Below are positions 1 through 10,753 of a stretch of DNA of 64,000 nucleotides, piece by piece. Source of the DNA: Gemmatimonas sp. (GTDB lineage: Bacteria > Gemmatimonadota > Gemmatimonadetes > Gemmatimonadales > Gemmatimonadaceae); the NCBI GenBank assembly GCA_965279375.1, contig OZ257156.1:3936001-4000000 (forward strand). The letters run 5' to 3'. Within the stretch, counting starts at the first letter, position 1, and every line of letters begins with the position of its first letter. The translations under genes and the position numbers were made by a program. Under the pieces are notes generated by a model that was given only the letters and a program-made list of their open reading frames with translations, ran no database searches and was not told the origin of the DNA.

Positions 1-1445
<1,445 letters not shown>

Positions 1446-1499
1446 GGTGCGGGAAGCTATCGCCCGACTGTGGCAGCGACTAGCGCGAGGGGATGAAAT

Positions 1500-1532
1500 G
1501 GACAAAGCCGACCACCCGAAGGTGGCCGGCTT
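1500..1532 (-). terminator. Rho-independent terminator after the TonB-domain gene
   Basis: Minus strand AAGCCGGCCACC-TTCG-GGTGGTCGGCTT followed by TGTC; UUCG tetraloop, short U tail. Confidence 0.7.
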
Positions 1533-1602
1533 CGTAACCGTCGTTCGCAACGAGTGCGCGCGGCGGTGTCTGGCGGGTGGCGAGACGCCACCCGAGCGTC
1601 CG

Positions 1603-2004
1603 TTACGGCTTGTAGATGATCGGCAGCACGACGCGCGTCTTCACCGTATTGCCGTTCACCTTGCCCGGCTGGAAGTCGAGCTTCGTGACGACCTTCTTCG
1701 CCGCTTCGCCGAGCGCGCTCTGCGTCGCGTCTACGACTTCGATCGTGCCGGGTTCCACCTTGCCCTTGGAATCCACGACGAACTGGATCTCCACCATGCC
1801 ACCTACGCCGCGGCTCTTGAGGTCGGACGGGTAGGATTCGGAGATGAGACGTGCAGCCGTGGTCGCAGAGGCGAGCTTCGGCGGATTGGTGACTTCGTTG
1901 ATCGGATACACCTTGTCGTCCTGCGCAGCAGCCGTGCGGGCCAGCGGACCGAACATCAGGGCGCCAATCACTGGCAGCAGCAGACGGATCGAGGAACGCT
2001 TCAT
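1603..2004 (-). CDS. Exported TonB C-terminal domain protein
   Basis: GGAG then ATG at 2004; signal peptide ([12 protein letters not shown]...AAA-QDD); [26 protein letters not shown]...[21 protein letters not shown] matches the TonB_C pattern. Confidence 0.85.
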   Translation of the reverse strand: MKRSSIRLLLPVIGALMFGPLARTAAAQDDKVYPINEVTNPPKLASATTAARLISESYPSDLKSRGVGGMVEIQFVVDSKGKVEPGTIEVVDATQSALGEAAKKVVTKLDFQPGKVNGNTVKTRVVLPIIYKP

Positions 2005-2457
2005 CGTGACATCTCCAAGAATTTTGTACGCATTGGGTTCGCGAGACGCGAGGCGCCTGCGATGCACGAGAGGTCTATCGGCGCGACGCGACGAGGGCTT
2101 TAGCGTTTGTCACTTTTCCCAACGGCGCCGTCACCGCGGTGGCGCTTTTGGACTTTCGGCGCCGAGATCGCCTATTTTGCGGCTGCCGGTACAGTGACGA
2201 TCCGATCCTGCCAGCCGTCCTCGCACGACGGGCGGCGTCGGATGGGCTCGCTTAAGGCATCGCTAATTTCTGTGACACTGTGGGTGCAGAGGCATTCCTA
2301 CGCGGCCTCAGGCTGCTATGTTCGCCTGCGACATCTGCGACGCTTCGCGATCGCGTGAAGCGTTCGAGCTGCTGGTACGTGCGTTGACCGTTTTGTTGTC
2401 CGATGGTCCGGTAGATTGCCGGATCATCACTCGTCCGACGCTCCCTTTTCCAACGAC

Positions 2458-3024
2458 ATGTCCGATTTCTTCCGCCTCGAAGATGACGCGCCTGCGCGCC
2501 GCATTGTGTACATCGGCGCGTTGCTCCTCATCGCCGTGCCGTTCGTGCAGGCCGGGTCGCAGCTGTGGCCGTTGAAGCTCGCCAATATCCAATGGCGTTT
2601 CGGCGCAGCGAACGCGCTGTCGGCCGTGCTCCTGCTGCCCTTCCTCGGCGGGTCGCTGATGTTCCTGACCGCCCGCGCGACCTCAAGCCGCGGAATCTCC
2701 CGCGCGGTTGGCGCATTCTCGGCACTGATGGCACTTGCGGTCGCGGGTTCCACGATCGCTTTCGTGTTCGACGCGCTGCAGCTGCGAACGATCGTGCAGT
2801 CGCGAATGATGGAGCAGTTCAACACGACCGCATTCCGCGTGACGATCCTCTCGGCGATCTTCGCTGTCGCGTACTTGTTGCTCGCCTTGGCGTGCTTCCG
2901 GCAGCCGGCGTTTCGCGCCGCTCCGGCGCGCACCGGCGGCCCCTCTGCCGGCAATACCGCGGCACGCAAGCAGGAAGAGCAGGTCACGCTCATCGTCGGC
3001 CAGGGCTCGTCCAAGACGGAGTAG
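2458..3024 (+). CDS. Hypothetical integral membrane protein (about 4 TM helices)
   Basis: Four hydrophobic segments; ATG at 2458; converges on a strong hairpin. Confidence 0.75.
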   Translation: MSDFFRLEDDAPARRIVYIGALLLIAVPFVQAGSQLWPLKLANIQWRFGAANALSAVLLLPFLGGSLMFLTARATSSRGISRAVGAFSALMALAVAGSTIAFVFDALQLRTIVQSRMMEQFNTTAFRVTILSAIFAVAYLLLALACFRQPAFRAAPARTGGPSAGNTAARKQEEQVTLIVGQGSSKTE

Positions 3025-3077
3025 CGATCAACACGGCAGCACGCGGCAGGCTGCGGTCGCAGGCGTAGGAGCGACAA

Positions 3078-3120
3078 CGCAAAACGCCCTTCAGGATTGC
3101 TCCTGAAGGGCGTTTCGTTT
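3078..3120. terminator. Probably bidirectional intrinsic terminator between the membrane protein gene and rpsA
   Basis: AAACGCCCTTCAGGA-TTGC-TCCTGAAGGGCGTTT perfect 15-bp inverted repeat with T runs on both strands. Confidence 0.9.
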
Positions 3121-3150
3121 GTCCGCCACGTTACCGTGGCTGGAGACTGC

Positions 3151-4953
3151 TTACATCATGCCCAGCTCTTCTTCGGAGCTGTGCACCTTGCTCGGGGTTT
3201 CCGGCTTGGGCGGCTGCTCCTCGGGCACTCCCGTCACGGCGAGAACGATCCGGCGGTGGATGGGATCCACTTCCAGAACGCGCATCGTGAGGTTCATCGT
3301 CTCCCAGGCGAAGTCCGCCGGGTTGGTAACGGTGCCTTCGGGGTTGAGCTGGCTGACCGGCACGAAGCCTTCGATGTCGTTGCCGAGATCGACGACCACG
3401 CCCTTGTCCATCAAGCGCACAACCTTGCCCGGGAGGTCGGTGCCGACCGGGTAGGTCTCACCGATGCGAAGCCACGGATCTTCCTCGGCCTGCTTGAGGC
3501 CGAGCGAGATGCGCTTGTTTTCGCTGTCGATGTTGAGGATGACCACGTCCACCGCGTCGCCCTTCTTCACGACTTCCGACGGGTGCTGGACGCGCTTGGT
3601 CCACGACATGTCGGAGATGTGAATGAGGCCGTCGATGCCCGGCTCGATTTCGACGAACGCGCCGAACGAGGTCAGGTTGCGGACCTTGCCGTTGATGCGC
3701 GTGCCGACCGGGTACTTGAGCGGCAGGATGACCCACGGATCCTGCTCGGTCTGCTTCATACCGAGTGAGATCTTCTCCTCGCTCTCGTCGACCTTGAGCA
3801 CCACCGCCTCGATCGCTTCGCCAATGCTGACGATCTTCGACGGGTGACGCACGTTGCGGGTCCAGCTCATCTCGCTGATGTGCACGAGGCCTTCGATACC
3901 CGGCTCCAGCTCGATGAACGCGCCGTAGTTGGTGATCGAGACGACCTTGCCGTTGACGCGCGTACCGACCGGGTACTTGGCGGCGACATCCTTCCACGGA
4001 TACGACTGGAGCTGCTTGAGACCGAGGGAGATGCGCTCACGCTCCCAATCGATGTCGAGCACCTTGATTTCGAGCTCCATGCCGATCTGGACCATCTCGC
4101 TCGGATGCGAGATGCGGCCCCACGACATGTCGGTGATGTGCAGGAGGCCGTCGACGCCACCGAGATCGATGAATGCACCGAAGTCCGTGATGTTCTTGAC
4201 GACGCCCTTACGCACCTGATCCTTGGCGAGCTCCTTCATCAGCTTCTCGCGCTTGCCGGCGCGCTCCGACTCGAGGATCACTCGGCGGGAGACGACGATG
4301 TTGCGGCGACGCTTGTTGAGCTTGATGATCTTGAACTCGTACTTCTGGCCGAGCAGTTCGTCGATGTTCGGAACGCGACGGAGCGCGATCTGCGAACCCG
4401 GGAGGAACGCATCGACGCCCATGAGGTCGACGACGACGCCACCCTTGATCTTCTTGACGAGCGTGCCTTCGACCGGCATGTCGCTTTCGTAGGCGACGCG
4501 GATGCGCTCCCACACGCGCATGAAGTCGGCCTTCTTCTTGGACAGAACGACGGAGCCTTCCATGTCCTCGAGATGCTCGAGGAGCACTTCAACTTCGTCA
4601 CCGACCTTGAGGTCGGGCATGTCCTTGAACTCTTCGAGCGGGATCGTGCCTTCGGACTTGAAGCCGATGTCCAGAACGACGAGGTTCTCGCGGATTTCGA
4701 GCACGCGCGACTTGACGATCTCACCCTCTTCGATCGACGCGAGCGTGCCGTTGTACATCTCCATCATCGCTTCGTACTCTTCCGAAGAGAACTCGTCTTC
4801 TTCGTAGAGTTCCGGGCGCCGGTTGGCGAGCGGACGGAGTTGGGCCTTCTGCAGATCGCGCTTCTCGCGCGGCGTCAGCTTGGCCGGCATCGAGTCGGCG
4901 TTCAGGTCGAGCTCCGCGGCGATCGCGGCTTCGTTCTCGAGTTCGGTATTCAT
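3151..4953 (-). CDS. rpsA: 30S ribosomal protein S1
   Basis: Six S1 repeats (DIGFKSEG, AFLPGSQI, FGAFIDLGGVDGLLHITDMSW, GIEGLVHISEMSW); start at ATG 4953 or TTG 4983. Confidence 0.97.
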   Translation of the reverse strand: MNTELENEAAIAAELDLNADSMPAKLTPREKRDLQKAQLRPLANRRPELYEEDEFSSEEYEAMMEMYNGTLASIEEGEIVKSRVLEIRENLVVLDIGFKSEGTIPLEEFKDMPDLKVGDEVEVLLEHLEDMEGSVVLSKKKADFMRVWERIRVAYESDMPVEGTLVKKIKGGVVVDLMGVDAFLPGSQIALRRVPNIDELLGQKYEFKIIKLNKRRRNIVVSRRVILESERAGKREKLMKELAKDQVRKGVVKNITDFGAFIDLGGVDGLLHITDMSWGRISHPSEMVQIGMELEIKVLDIDWERERISLGLKQLQSYPWKDVAAKYPVGTRVNGKVVSITNYGAFIELEPGIEGLVHISEMSWTRNVRHPSKIVSIGEAIEAVVLKVDESEEKISLGMKQTEQDPWVILPLKYPVGTRINGKVRNLTSFGAFVEIEPGIDGLIHISDMSWTKRVQHPSEVVKKGDAVDVVILNIDSENKRISLGLKQAEEDPWLRIGETYPVGTDLPGKVVRLMDKGVVVDLGNDIEGFVPVSQLNPEGTVTNPADFAWETMNLTMRVLEVDPIHRRIVLAVTGVPEEQPPKPETPSKVHSSEEELGMM

Positions 4954-5276
4954 GCTGGGGGAAGTCTCCACATCGCGGGACAACGCTCGCCGCGCCGAGG
5001 CTGGGGTGAATGGTCCGCGCGTCGATCAGCACGATGCGCGGCACGACGCACCCCTCCGGGAAGTCCGGGTGGGCGCGTAGAGTCGAGAACCGTGAAACGT
5101 AGGGGAGCAGGACGGTCAGGTCAACGGACCACGCCAGATACCCGGGGAGCGGTCGCGCTGTAACGGTCGCGTAGGCTGCGCCCGAGACCGCCGCAGGGTA
5201 CCGACAAGCCCGGGGCGTGACGGCCGGAGCCGGGAGCGTGATCATCCCGATCCGAGCGAGATCCCCGCTAGGGAAG

Positions 5277-5309
5277 GCCTATCGAGAGCCTATCGAGAGC
5301 CTATCGAGG
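5277..5309. repeat. 11-bp tandem repeat (GCCTATCGAGA x3, last copy with one mismatch) overlapping the EAL gene stop codon
   Basis: Copies read directly at 5277, 5288 and 5299. Confidence 0.9.
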
Positions 5310-6182
5310 AAGCTCTCGAAGCCTGACGCCGCCAAACGGGTCGTCCGGGCTGACGTCAGAATCGAGAGAGGCGTGCCGCCCCGACGCCGCGGGCCAACGG
5401 ATCTCCTCGGGCGCCGTCGTCGCCTCGAACCGGGGGCGCCCAAAGTAGAAACCCTGCATCAGGCGAATCCCCGCGTCCTGCAGGCACTCGGACTCCTCGG
5501 AGGTCTCGATCCCTTCAGCGATGACCTGGATGCCCAGCAACCCGCAGATATCCACGATGCCGCGCACGATCACCTGCGCGGCTCGGCGGGTGTCGATCGA
5601 GCGGATCAGCTCCATGTCAAGTTTGACGATGTCCGGCTGAAAATCAGCAAGCAAATTGAGGCCAGCGTATCCGGCGCCAAAATCGTCGATCGCAGTCAAA
5701 AAGCCGATGCGCTGGTACTCGCGAAGCACCTCGGCGTACCACTTGCCGTCGCTCACGCGCTCCCCTTCGACCGTTTCGAAAATGATCTGCTCGATCGGGA
5801 ACTGAAAGCGACGCGCCGCCTCGAGCGTGGTGCGAATGCAGACTTCCGGTCGATAGACCGCGTTGGGGAGGAAGTTGATCGACAGTCGCGAGGACATGCC
5901 CAAACGCGTCGCGATCTCGATGGCGCGTACGCGACACGCCTGATCGAAACGGTACCGGTTGTCCTCGGTCACCTGCGAGAGCACGCTGCCCGCGTTCTCG
6001 CCAGCGACACCGCGGACCAGCGCCTCGTGCGCGAACAGCTCTCCGCTGACGACGTCCACGATCGGCTGATAGGCGTAGCTGAAGGCGAACCCGAGGTCGC
6101 CTCCCTGCCTGCACTGCTGGCAGCCAGGACGCTGTTCAGAGCGCCCTGCACCAACCGCTGTCGGATCTTGGATCGGAAGCAT
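5301..6182 (-). CDS. Stand-alone EAL-domain c-di-GMP phosphodiesterase
   Basis: YQPIVD, HEALVR, SINF, IFE, AIDDFGAGYAGL, VKLD, AEGIET, MQGFYF; start uncertain (6182 or 6227). Confidence 0.9.
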   Translation of the reverse strand: MLPIQDPTAVGAGRSEQRPGCQQCRQGGDLGFAFSYAYQPIVDVVSGELFAHEALVRGVAGENAGSVLSQVTEDNRYRFDQACRVRAIEIATRLGMSSRLSINFLPNAVYRPEVCIRTTLEAARRFQFPIEQIIFETVEGERVSDGKWYAEVLREYQRIGFLTAIDDFGAGYAGLNLLADFQPDIVKLDMELIRSIDTRRAAQVIVRGIVDICGLLGIQVIAEGIETSEESECLQDAGIRLMQGFYFGRPRFEATTAPEEIRWPAASGRHASLDSDVSPDDPFGGVRLRELPR

Positions 6183-6287
6183 GACTCCACTGGAACGAGC
6201 ACGCGCGCCACAGCTGGCGCGTTCCATCGGATATCGACTCCCTCACGGTCCGACTTGAGCCGCGGACCGAACTTGCGCAGCTACGCG

Positions 6288-8261
6288 CTACGGCGCGCCC
6301 TGAAGTCGCGTGCGCGTGGCTCGAGCCAACGCCACAATGCGCTCCACCTGCTCTTCCTGCGTCAGCGAGGTGGTGTCGATGGTGATCGCATCACGCGCCG
6401 GCGCGCTTTGCGTCGCATCCTGCGCGTCGCGCGCGACGAGCGCCTCGGTTTCAGCCGCGATCTCCTCATCCCGTGGACTCCGTCCCAGGCGCTGCACGAG
6501 GCGCCGGCGCGCCCGTTCCCAAGGATCGGCGATCAGAAACACCTTGAGTGGCGCGCGCGGAAACACTGCCGTCCCGATGTCGCGTCCGTCCACCACGACA
6601 TCAGTCGCAGAGGCCGCGCTCCGCACCATGTCGTTCACCCACGCGCGTACCCTCGGCATCTGCGCGACGCGTGAGACGTTGCGCGTCACCGGCGTGTCGC
6701 GCAGCGCCTCGTCCACGATCTGCCCACTAACCAGCGGTAGCACTGACCGTTCCGTCAATCGCCACGTCACCCGACGCGCGTGCTGCAACAGCTCCTCCTC
6801 ACGCCACAGCTCCGCGTCGACACCGCTGTCGAGTCCGAGGTACGCGATGGCCCGGTAGAACGCGCCCGAGTCCACATGACGTACCCCCAACTGCTCGGCG
6901 ACCCACTGCGACGTGGAGCTCTTTCCCGATGCAGCGGGACCATCGATGGCGATGACCAGCGGTGGCGCGATGACGCGCGCCAGATCGGCCCAGAAATTGG
7001 GATAGGACACGGCGACGCACGCCGGATCGTCCACGAGGATGCTGTTGCCCGGTAGCACACCCAGTATGCCGAAGGCCATCGCGAGGCGATGATCGCCGTG
7101 GGTAGCTACGCGACCGACCAGCGGCCTGTCCGACCCAACGATGCGCATGCCGTCAGGGAACTCTTCCACTTCGACGCCAAGCGCGCGCAGGTTCTCGACG
7201 ACGGCGTGAATGCGGTCACTCTCCTTGACTCGCAACTCCGACGCGTCACGGATGCGCGTCTCGCCAACGGCGCGTGCCGCCACGCAGGCGAGCAGCGGCA
7301 ACTCGTCGATGAGACTCGGAATCTCGGCGCCGCCGATCTCTGTGCCGTGAAGTTGAGCAGGGCGCACGACGAGCGTGCCCAGGCGTTCACCGCCAACCTC
7401 GCGCTCGTCCTCGATACCGATCGAGACGCCCATGCGCCGCAGCACGTCGAACGCGCCGGTCCGCGTGGGATTGAGACACACGTCAACGAGACGGACAGTG
7501 CCCGAGTGCGCAATCGCGGCGAGCCCCGCAAAGAACGCTGCGGACGACGGATCGGCGGGAACATCCACATCGAGCGGTGCCACCGTCTGCGCGCCGTCGA
7601 GCGCGACACCGTCGGGCAAAACCCTCAGCGAGACGCCACGTGCACGCAGCATGTTCTCGCTGTGGTCACGTGAGCGCTGCGGCTCGCGGACAGTCACGGG
7701 CACTCCGCTGGCCAGCGCGGCCAACAGCACGGCGCCCTTCACCTGCGCACTCGCGTGCTCGCTCGTCCATTCGATGGACTGCAAGGCAGCACCTGTCACG
7801 CGCATCGGCAATCCGCCGTGTCCCGTCGGCCCTTCGAAGTCCACGCGTGCGCCCATCGCACCAAGCGGCGTCGCCACGCGACGCATGGGGCGACGGCTCA
7901 GACTCGCGTCACCAACGAAGCGCGCGCTGCGTCCCGACAGGCCGGCCACGAGGCCCGCGAGCAATCGTGTGGTCGTTCCGCTGTTACCGCAGTCGAGGGC
8001 GATCGCTGGCGAATGGAGCGCGCCGACGCCATCGCTGCTGACGGTCATGTCGGCGCCGAGCGCGGGAATCTCTGCGCCGAGGGCCCGCAAAGCGCCTGCC
8101 GTGGCGTGGACGTCAGCGGATTCGAGAATATGTCGAATGCGCGACTCACCGCGCGCCATTGCGGCAAATATGAGCGCGCGATGACTGATGGACTTGTCGC
8201 CGGGCGTGCGTACCACGCCGTGCACGATCAGCCGCGCGCCATCCTCACTCAACGCAGCCAC
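6288..8261 (-). CDS. aroA-cmk: Fused EPSP synthase / cytidylate kinase
   Basis: PGDKSISHRA, DCGNSGTT, SAQVK, SRDHSE, LRVKESDRI, DHRLAM, SYPNF, then in frame IAIDGPAASGKSS, DSGAFYR, VDGRDIGTAVFP, IDTT. Confidence 0.95.
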   Translation of the reverse strand: MAALSEDGARLIVHGVVRTPGDKSISHRALIFAAMARGESRIRHILESADVHATAGALRALGAEIPALGADMTVSSDGVGALHSPAIALDCGNSGTTTRLLAGLVAGLSGRSARFVGDASLSRRPMRRVATPLGAMGARVDFEGPTGHGGLPMRVTGAALQSIEWTSEHASAQVKGAVLLAALASGVPVTVREPQRSRDHSENMLRARGVSLRVLPDGVALDGAQTVAPLDVDVPADPSSAAFFAGLAAIAHSGTVRLVDVCLNPTRTGAFDVLRRMGVSIGIEDEREVGGERLGTLVVRPAQLHGTEIGGAEIPSLIDELPLLACVAARAVGETRIRDASELRVKESDRIHAVVENLRALGVEVEEFPDGMRIVGSDRPLVGRVATHGDHRLAMAFGILGVLPGNSILVDDPACVAVSYPNFWADLARVIAPPLVIAIDGPAASGKSSTSQWVAEQLGVRHVDSGAFYRAIAYLGLDSGVDAELWREEELLQHARRVTWRLTERSVLPLVSGQIVDEALRDTPVTRNVSRVAQMPRVRAWVNDMVRSAASATDVVVDGRDIGTAVFPRAPLKVFLIADPWERARRRLVQRLGRSPRDEEIAAETEALVARDAQDATQSAPARDAITIDTTSLTQEEQVERIVALARATRTRLQGAP

Positions 8262-9103
8262 GCCTCGAGCGCGGTGGAAGCGTCGGTGCGATCATCGCGA
8301 TACTTGACGATCACCGGAGTCTGCAGCGACAGCCCTTCGCGCTCGCCGAACGCCGAGGTGACGCGACGCGCCCCCGGCACAACCACCGCGCCCTCGGGGA
8401 TTTCGAGCGGCCTGTCGGCGGTGGCACGATGCACCGTCTCCTTCACGAGATCGTACACGGGTGTGCCGCGCGTGAGGATGACGCCGGCGCCGAGTACGGC
8501 CTTGGTGCGTACAACCGTGCCTTCGTAGACGCCACAATTGCCGCCAACGATCACATCGTCTTCGATGATCACCGGCGATGCGTTGATGGGCTCGAGCACG
8601 CCGCCGATCTGCGCGGCCGCGCTCAAGTGCACACGCTCACCGATCTGCGCGCATGATCCAACGAGGGCATGCGAATCGATCATCGTGCCGCGGCCGACGT
8701 GCGCGCCGACGTTCACGTACATCGGCGGCATGCACACGACGTTGGGTGCGAGATACGCACCGCGCCGAACAGTGGAGCCACCGGGCACGATGCGCACCTG
8801 ATTCTCGAGACGGAAGTCCCGCGTCGGGAAGGTGTGCTTGTCGAAGAAGTGGAACGGGCCGCTGTCCGCCGACATCTGCACCACGCGGCCGATGCGGAAG
8901 CCGAGCAAGATCGCGCGCTTGACCCACGGGACAGCATGCCAGACGCCATCGGCGTCACGGTGTGCAGCGCGGATCTCACCGCGCTCCATCAACACGATGC
9001 ACTGGTCGAAGATCGTTGTCGCGTCGTGGGGCAGCGGACAGCCTGAATCCAGAATCAGTGGATCGCTGAGTCGCGCTTCGAGGTCGCTGATCGAGTGTGC
9101 CAT
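8249..9103 (-). CDS. dapD: Tetrahydrodipicolinate N-succinyltransferase
   Basis: WVKRAILLGFR, FFDK, RIVPGGSTVRRGAY, YVNVGAHVG, GSCAQIG, IGGVLEP. Confidence 0.95.
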   Translation of the reverse strand: MAHSISDLEARLSDPLILDSGCPLPHDATTIFDQCIVLMERGEIRAAHRDADGVWHAVPWVKRAILLGFRIGRVVQMSADSGPFHFFDKHTFPTRDFRLENQVRIVPGGSTVRRGAYLAPNVVCMPPMYVNVGAHVGRGTMIDSHALVGSCAQIGERVHLSAAAQIGGVLEPINASPVIIEDDVIVGGNCGVYEGTVVRTKAVLGAGVILTRGTPVYDLVKETVHRATADRPLEIPEGAVVVPGARRVTSAFGEREGLSLQTPVIVKYRDDRTDASTALEAWLR

Positions 9104-9120
9104 AAAAAGAAACGTCCGGG

Positions 9121-10020
9121 TCAGGCGGGAAGCGCGCGCGCGCCAACCAGCGCCTTGCGCACGAGGTTGCGCAGCGCGCCGTCGAGTGGAACGAGCGGCA
9201 GACGCAACACATCCTGCATCTGCCCGGTCATCTCCAGCATGGCCTTCACTGGAATCGGATTCGACTCGATGAAGGCCGCGTGAATGACAGGAGCGAGCTG
9301 CGCGTCGAGTGCGCGCGCACCGGCGAAGTCACCGCGCGCGCACGCCGCGCACAAATCAGCGACGAGCTTGGGAACGACGTTTGAAACGACGGAGATCACG
9401 CCATCGCCGCCGTGCGCCATGACGCCGAGCGTGAAGCCATCATCACCGCTGAGCACGCCGAAGCCATCAGGGCGTTCGCGAATGATCTGGGCGATCTGTC
9501 CCAGATTGCCGGACGCCTCTTTGACGGCCACGAAGCGCGGATCGGCGGCGAGTTCGAGGCATGTACGCGCCTCGAGATTGATCGCCGTGCGGCCGGGCAC
9601 GTTGTACAGCACGATGGGTAAGTCGCACGCGTCGGCGATCGACCGGAAATGCGCGACGAGTGCGCGCTGCGGCGGCTTGTTGTACATCGGCGTGACATGC
9701 AGCAGGTGCGTGGCACCGGCCGACTTCGCCTCACGCGAGAACGCAATGGCCTTTGCTGTGTCGTTGGAGCCTGCCCCTGCGACCACCGGTACACGCCCGG
9801 CCACCTGCTCCACCGTGATCTCGATAACACGGCGATGCTCAGTGGCCGTCAGCGTCACCGCCTCGCCCGTAGAGCCACACGGCACCACGAAGTGCACGCC
9901 GCCCGCAATCTGGAACTCCACGAATCGACGCAGCGCGGCTTCGTCGAGAGAACCATCAGCGTTGAAGGGCGTCACCAAAGCCGTCCCGCACCCTGTCAGC
10001 GCCGTTGAAGCAGTGCTCAT
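9121..10020 (-). CDS. dapA: 4-hydroxy-tetrahydrodipicolinate synthase
   Basis: TALVTPF, GSTGE, PMYNKP, YNVPGRT, VKEASG, SGDD, ESNPIPVK. Confidence 0.96.
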   Translation of the reverse strand: MSTASTALTGCGTALVTPFNADGSLDEAALRRFVEFQIAGGVHFVVPCGSTGEAVTLTATEHRRVIEITVEQVAGRVPVVAGAGSNDTAKAIAFSREAKSAGATHLLHVTPMYNKPPQRALVAHFRSIADACDLPIVLYNVPGRTAINLEARTCLELAADPRFVAVKEASGNLGQIAQIIRERPDGFGVLSGDDGFTLGVMAHGGDGVISVVSNVVPKLVADLCAACARGDFAGARALDAQLAPVIHAAFIESNPIPVKAMLEMTGQMQDVLRLPLVPLDGALRNLVRKALVGARALPA

Positions 10021-10021
10021 C

Positions 10022-10753
10022 TCACGATCCCTTGCCGCCGGCGGCGAGCACATCCTGCATGGTGTAGAGTGATGCGCGCTGCACGCGCGCGAGCCAACGC
10101 GCGGCGGCCAATGCGCCGTCCGCAAACACGCGACGATCACGTGCCTCGTGCACCAACCGGATCTGTTCGAAGGGCGCGTCCATCACGATCTCATGCGTGC
10201 CAGGCACCGAGCCGACGCGAACGCTCGTAATACCTACGTCGTGGCCAAGCCCGACCTGCAGTCGCTCCGCGATGGCAATCCCGGTGCCCGACGGGGCGTC
10301 CTTCTTGGCGCTATGGTGCGTTTCCACAACATGTGTCTCGAAACCGTGCACTTCGCGCAAGCGACGCGCCGCGTCCTCGGCGATGGCCAGAAACAGCTGT
10401 ACACCGAGCGAGAAGTTCGGGGACCACAACGCCGCCGTCCCGGTTTCCGCGATGGCCGCGTCGAGCGCATCGCGCTGCGCCGTCCAGCCCGTGGTACCGA
10501 TGACCACCGGGCATCCCGCCTTGAGACACGCGATGGCGTTCGACACGGCTGATTCAGGCTGCGTAAACTCGATCGCGACTTGCGCACCGCCGAGATCCTC
10601 GGTTCGAAGTCCACGCGCCATGTCCTCCACATCGAGCCGCGCAACCACTGAACAGCCGCGCTCCGGTGCGAGCGCGTCGAGCGCGCGTCCCATGCGCCCC
10701 ATGCCGATCAGTGCGATGCGCACCGGCTCGACGCCGCTCAGCGCGCTGCTCAC
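10022..10753 (-). CDS. dapB: 4-hydroxy-tetrahydrodipicolinate reductase
   Basis: GMGRMG, IEFT, GTTG, NFSLG, ETHHSAKKDAPSGT, FADGAL. Confidence 0.95.
   Translation of the reverse strand: MSSALSGVEPVRIALIGMGRMGRALDALAPERGCSVVARLDVEDMARGLRTEDLGGAQVAIEFTQPESAVSNAIACLKAGCPVVIGTTGWTAQRDALDAAIAETGTAALWSPNFSLGVQLFLAIAEDAARRLREVHGFETHVVETHHSAKKDAPSGTGIAIAERLQVGLGHDVGITSVRVGSVPGTHEIVMDAPFEQIRLVHEARDRRVFADGALAAARWLARVQRASLYTMQDVLAAGGKGS

Noticed and set aside
5277..5309. Repeat considered as a CRISPR remnant
   Set aside because: 11-bp direct tandem units with no spacers and no cas genes
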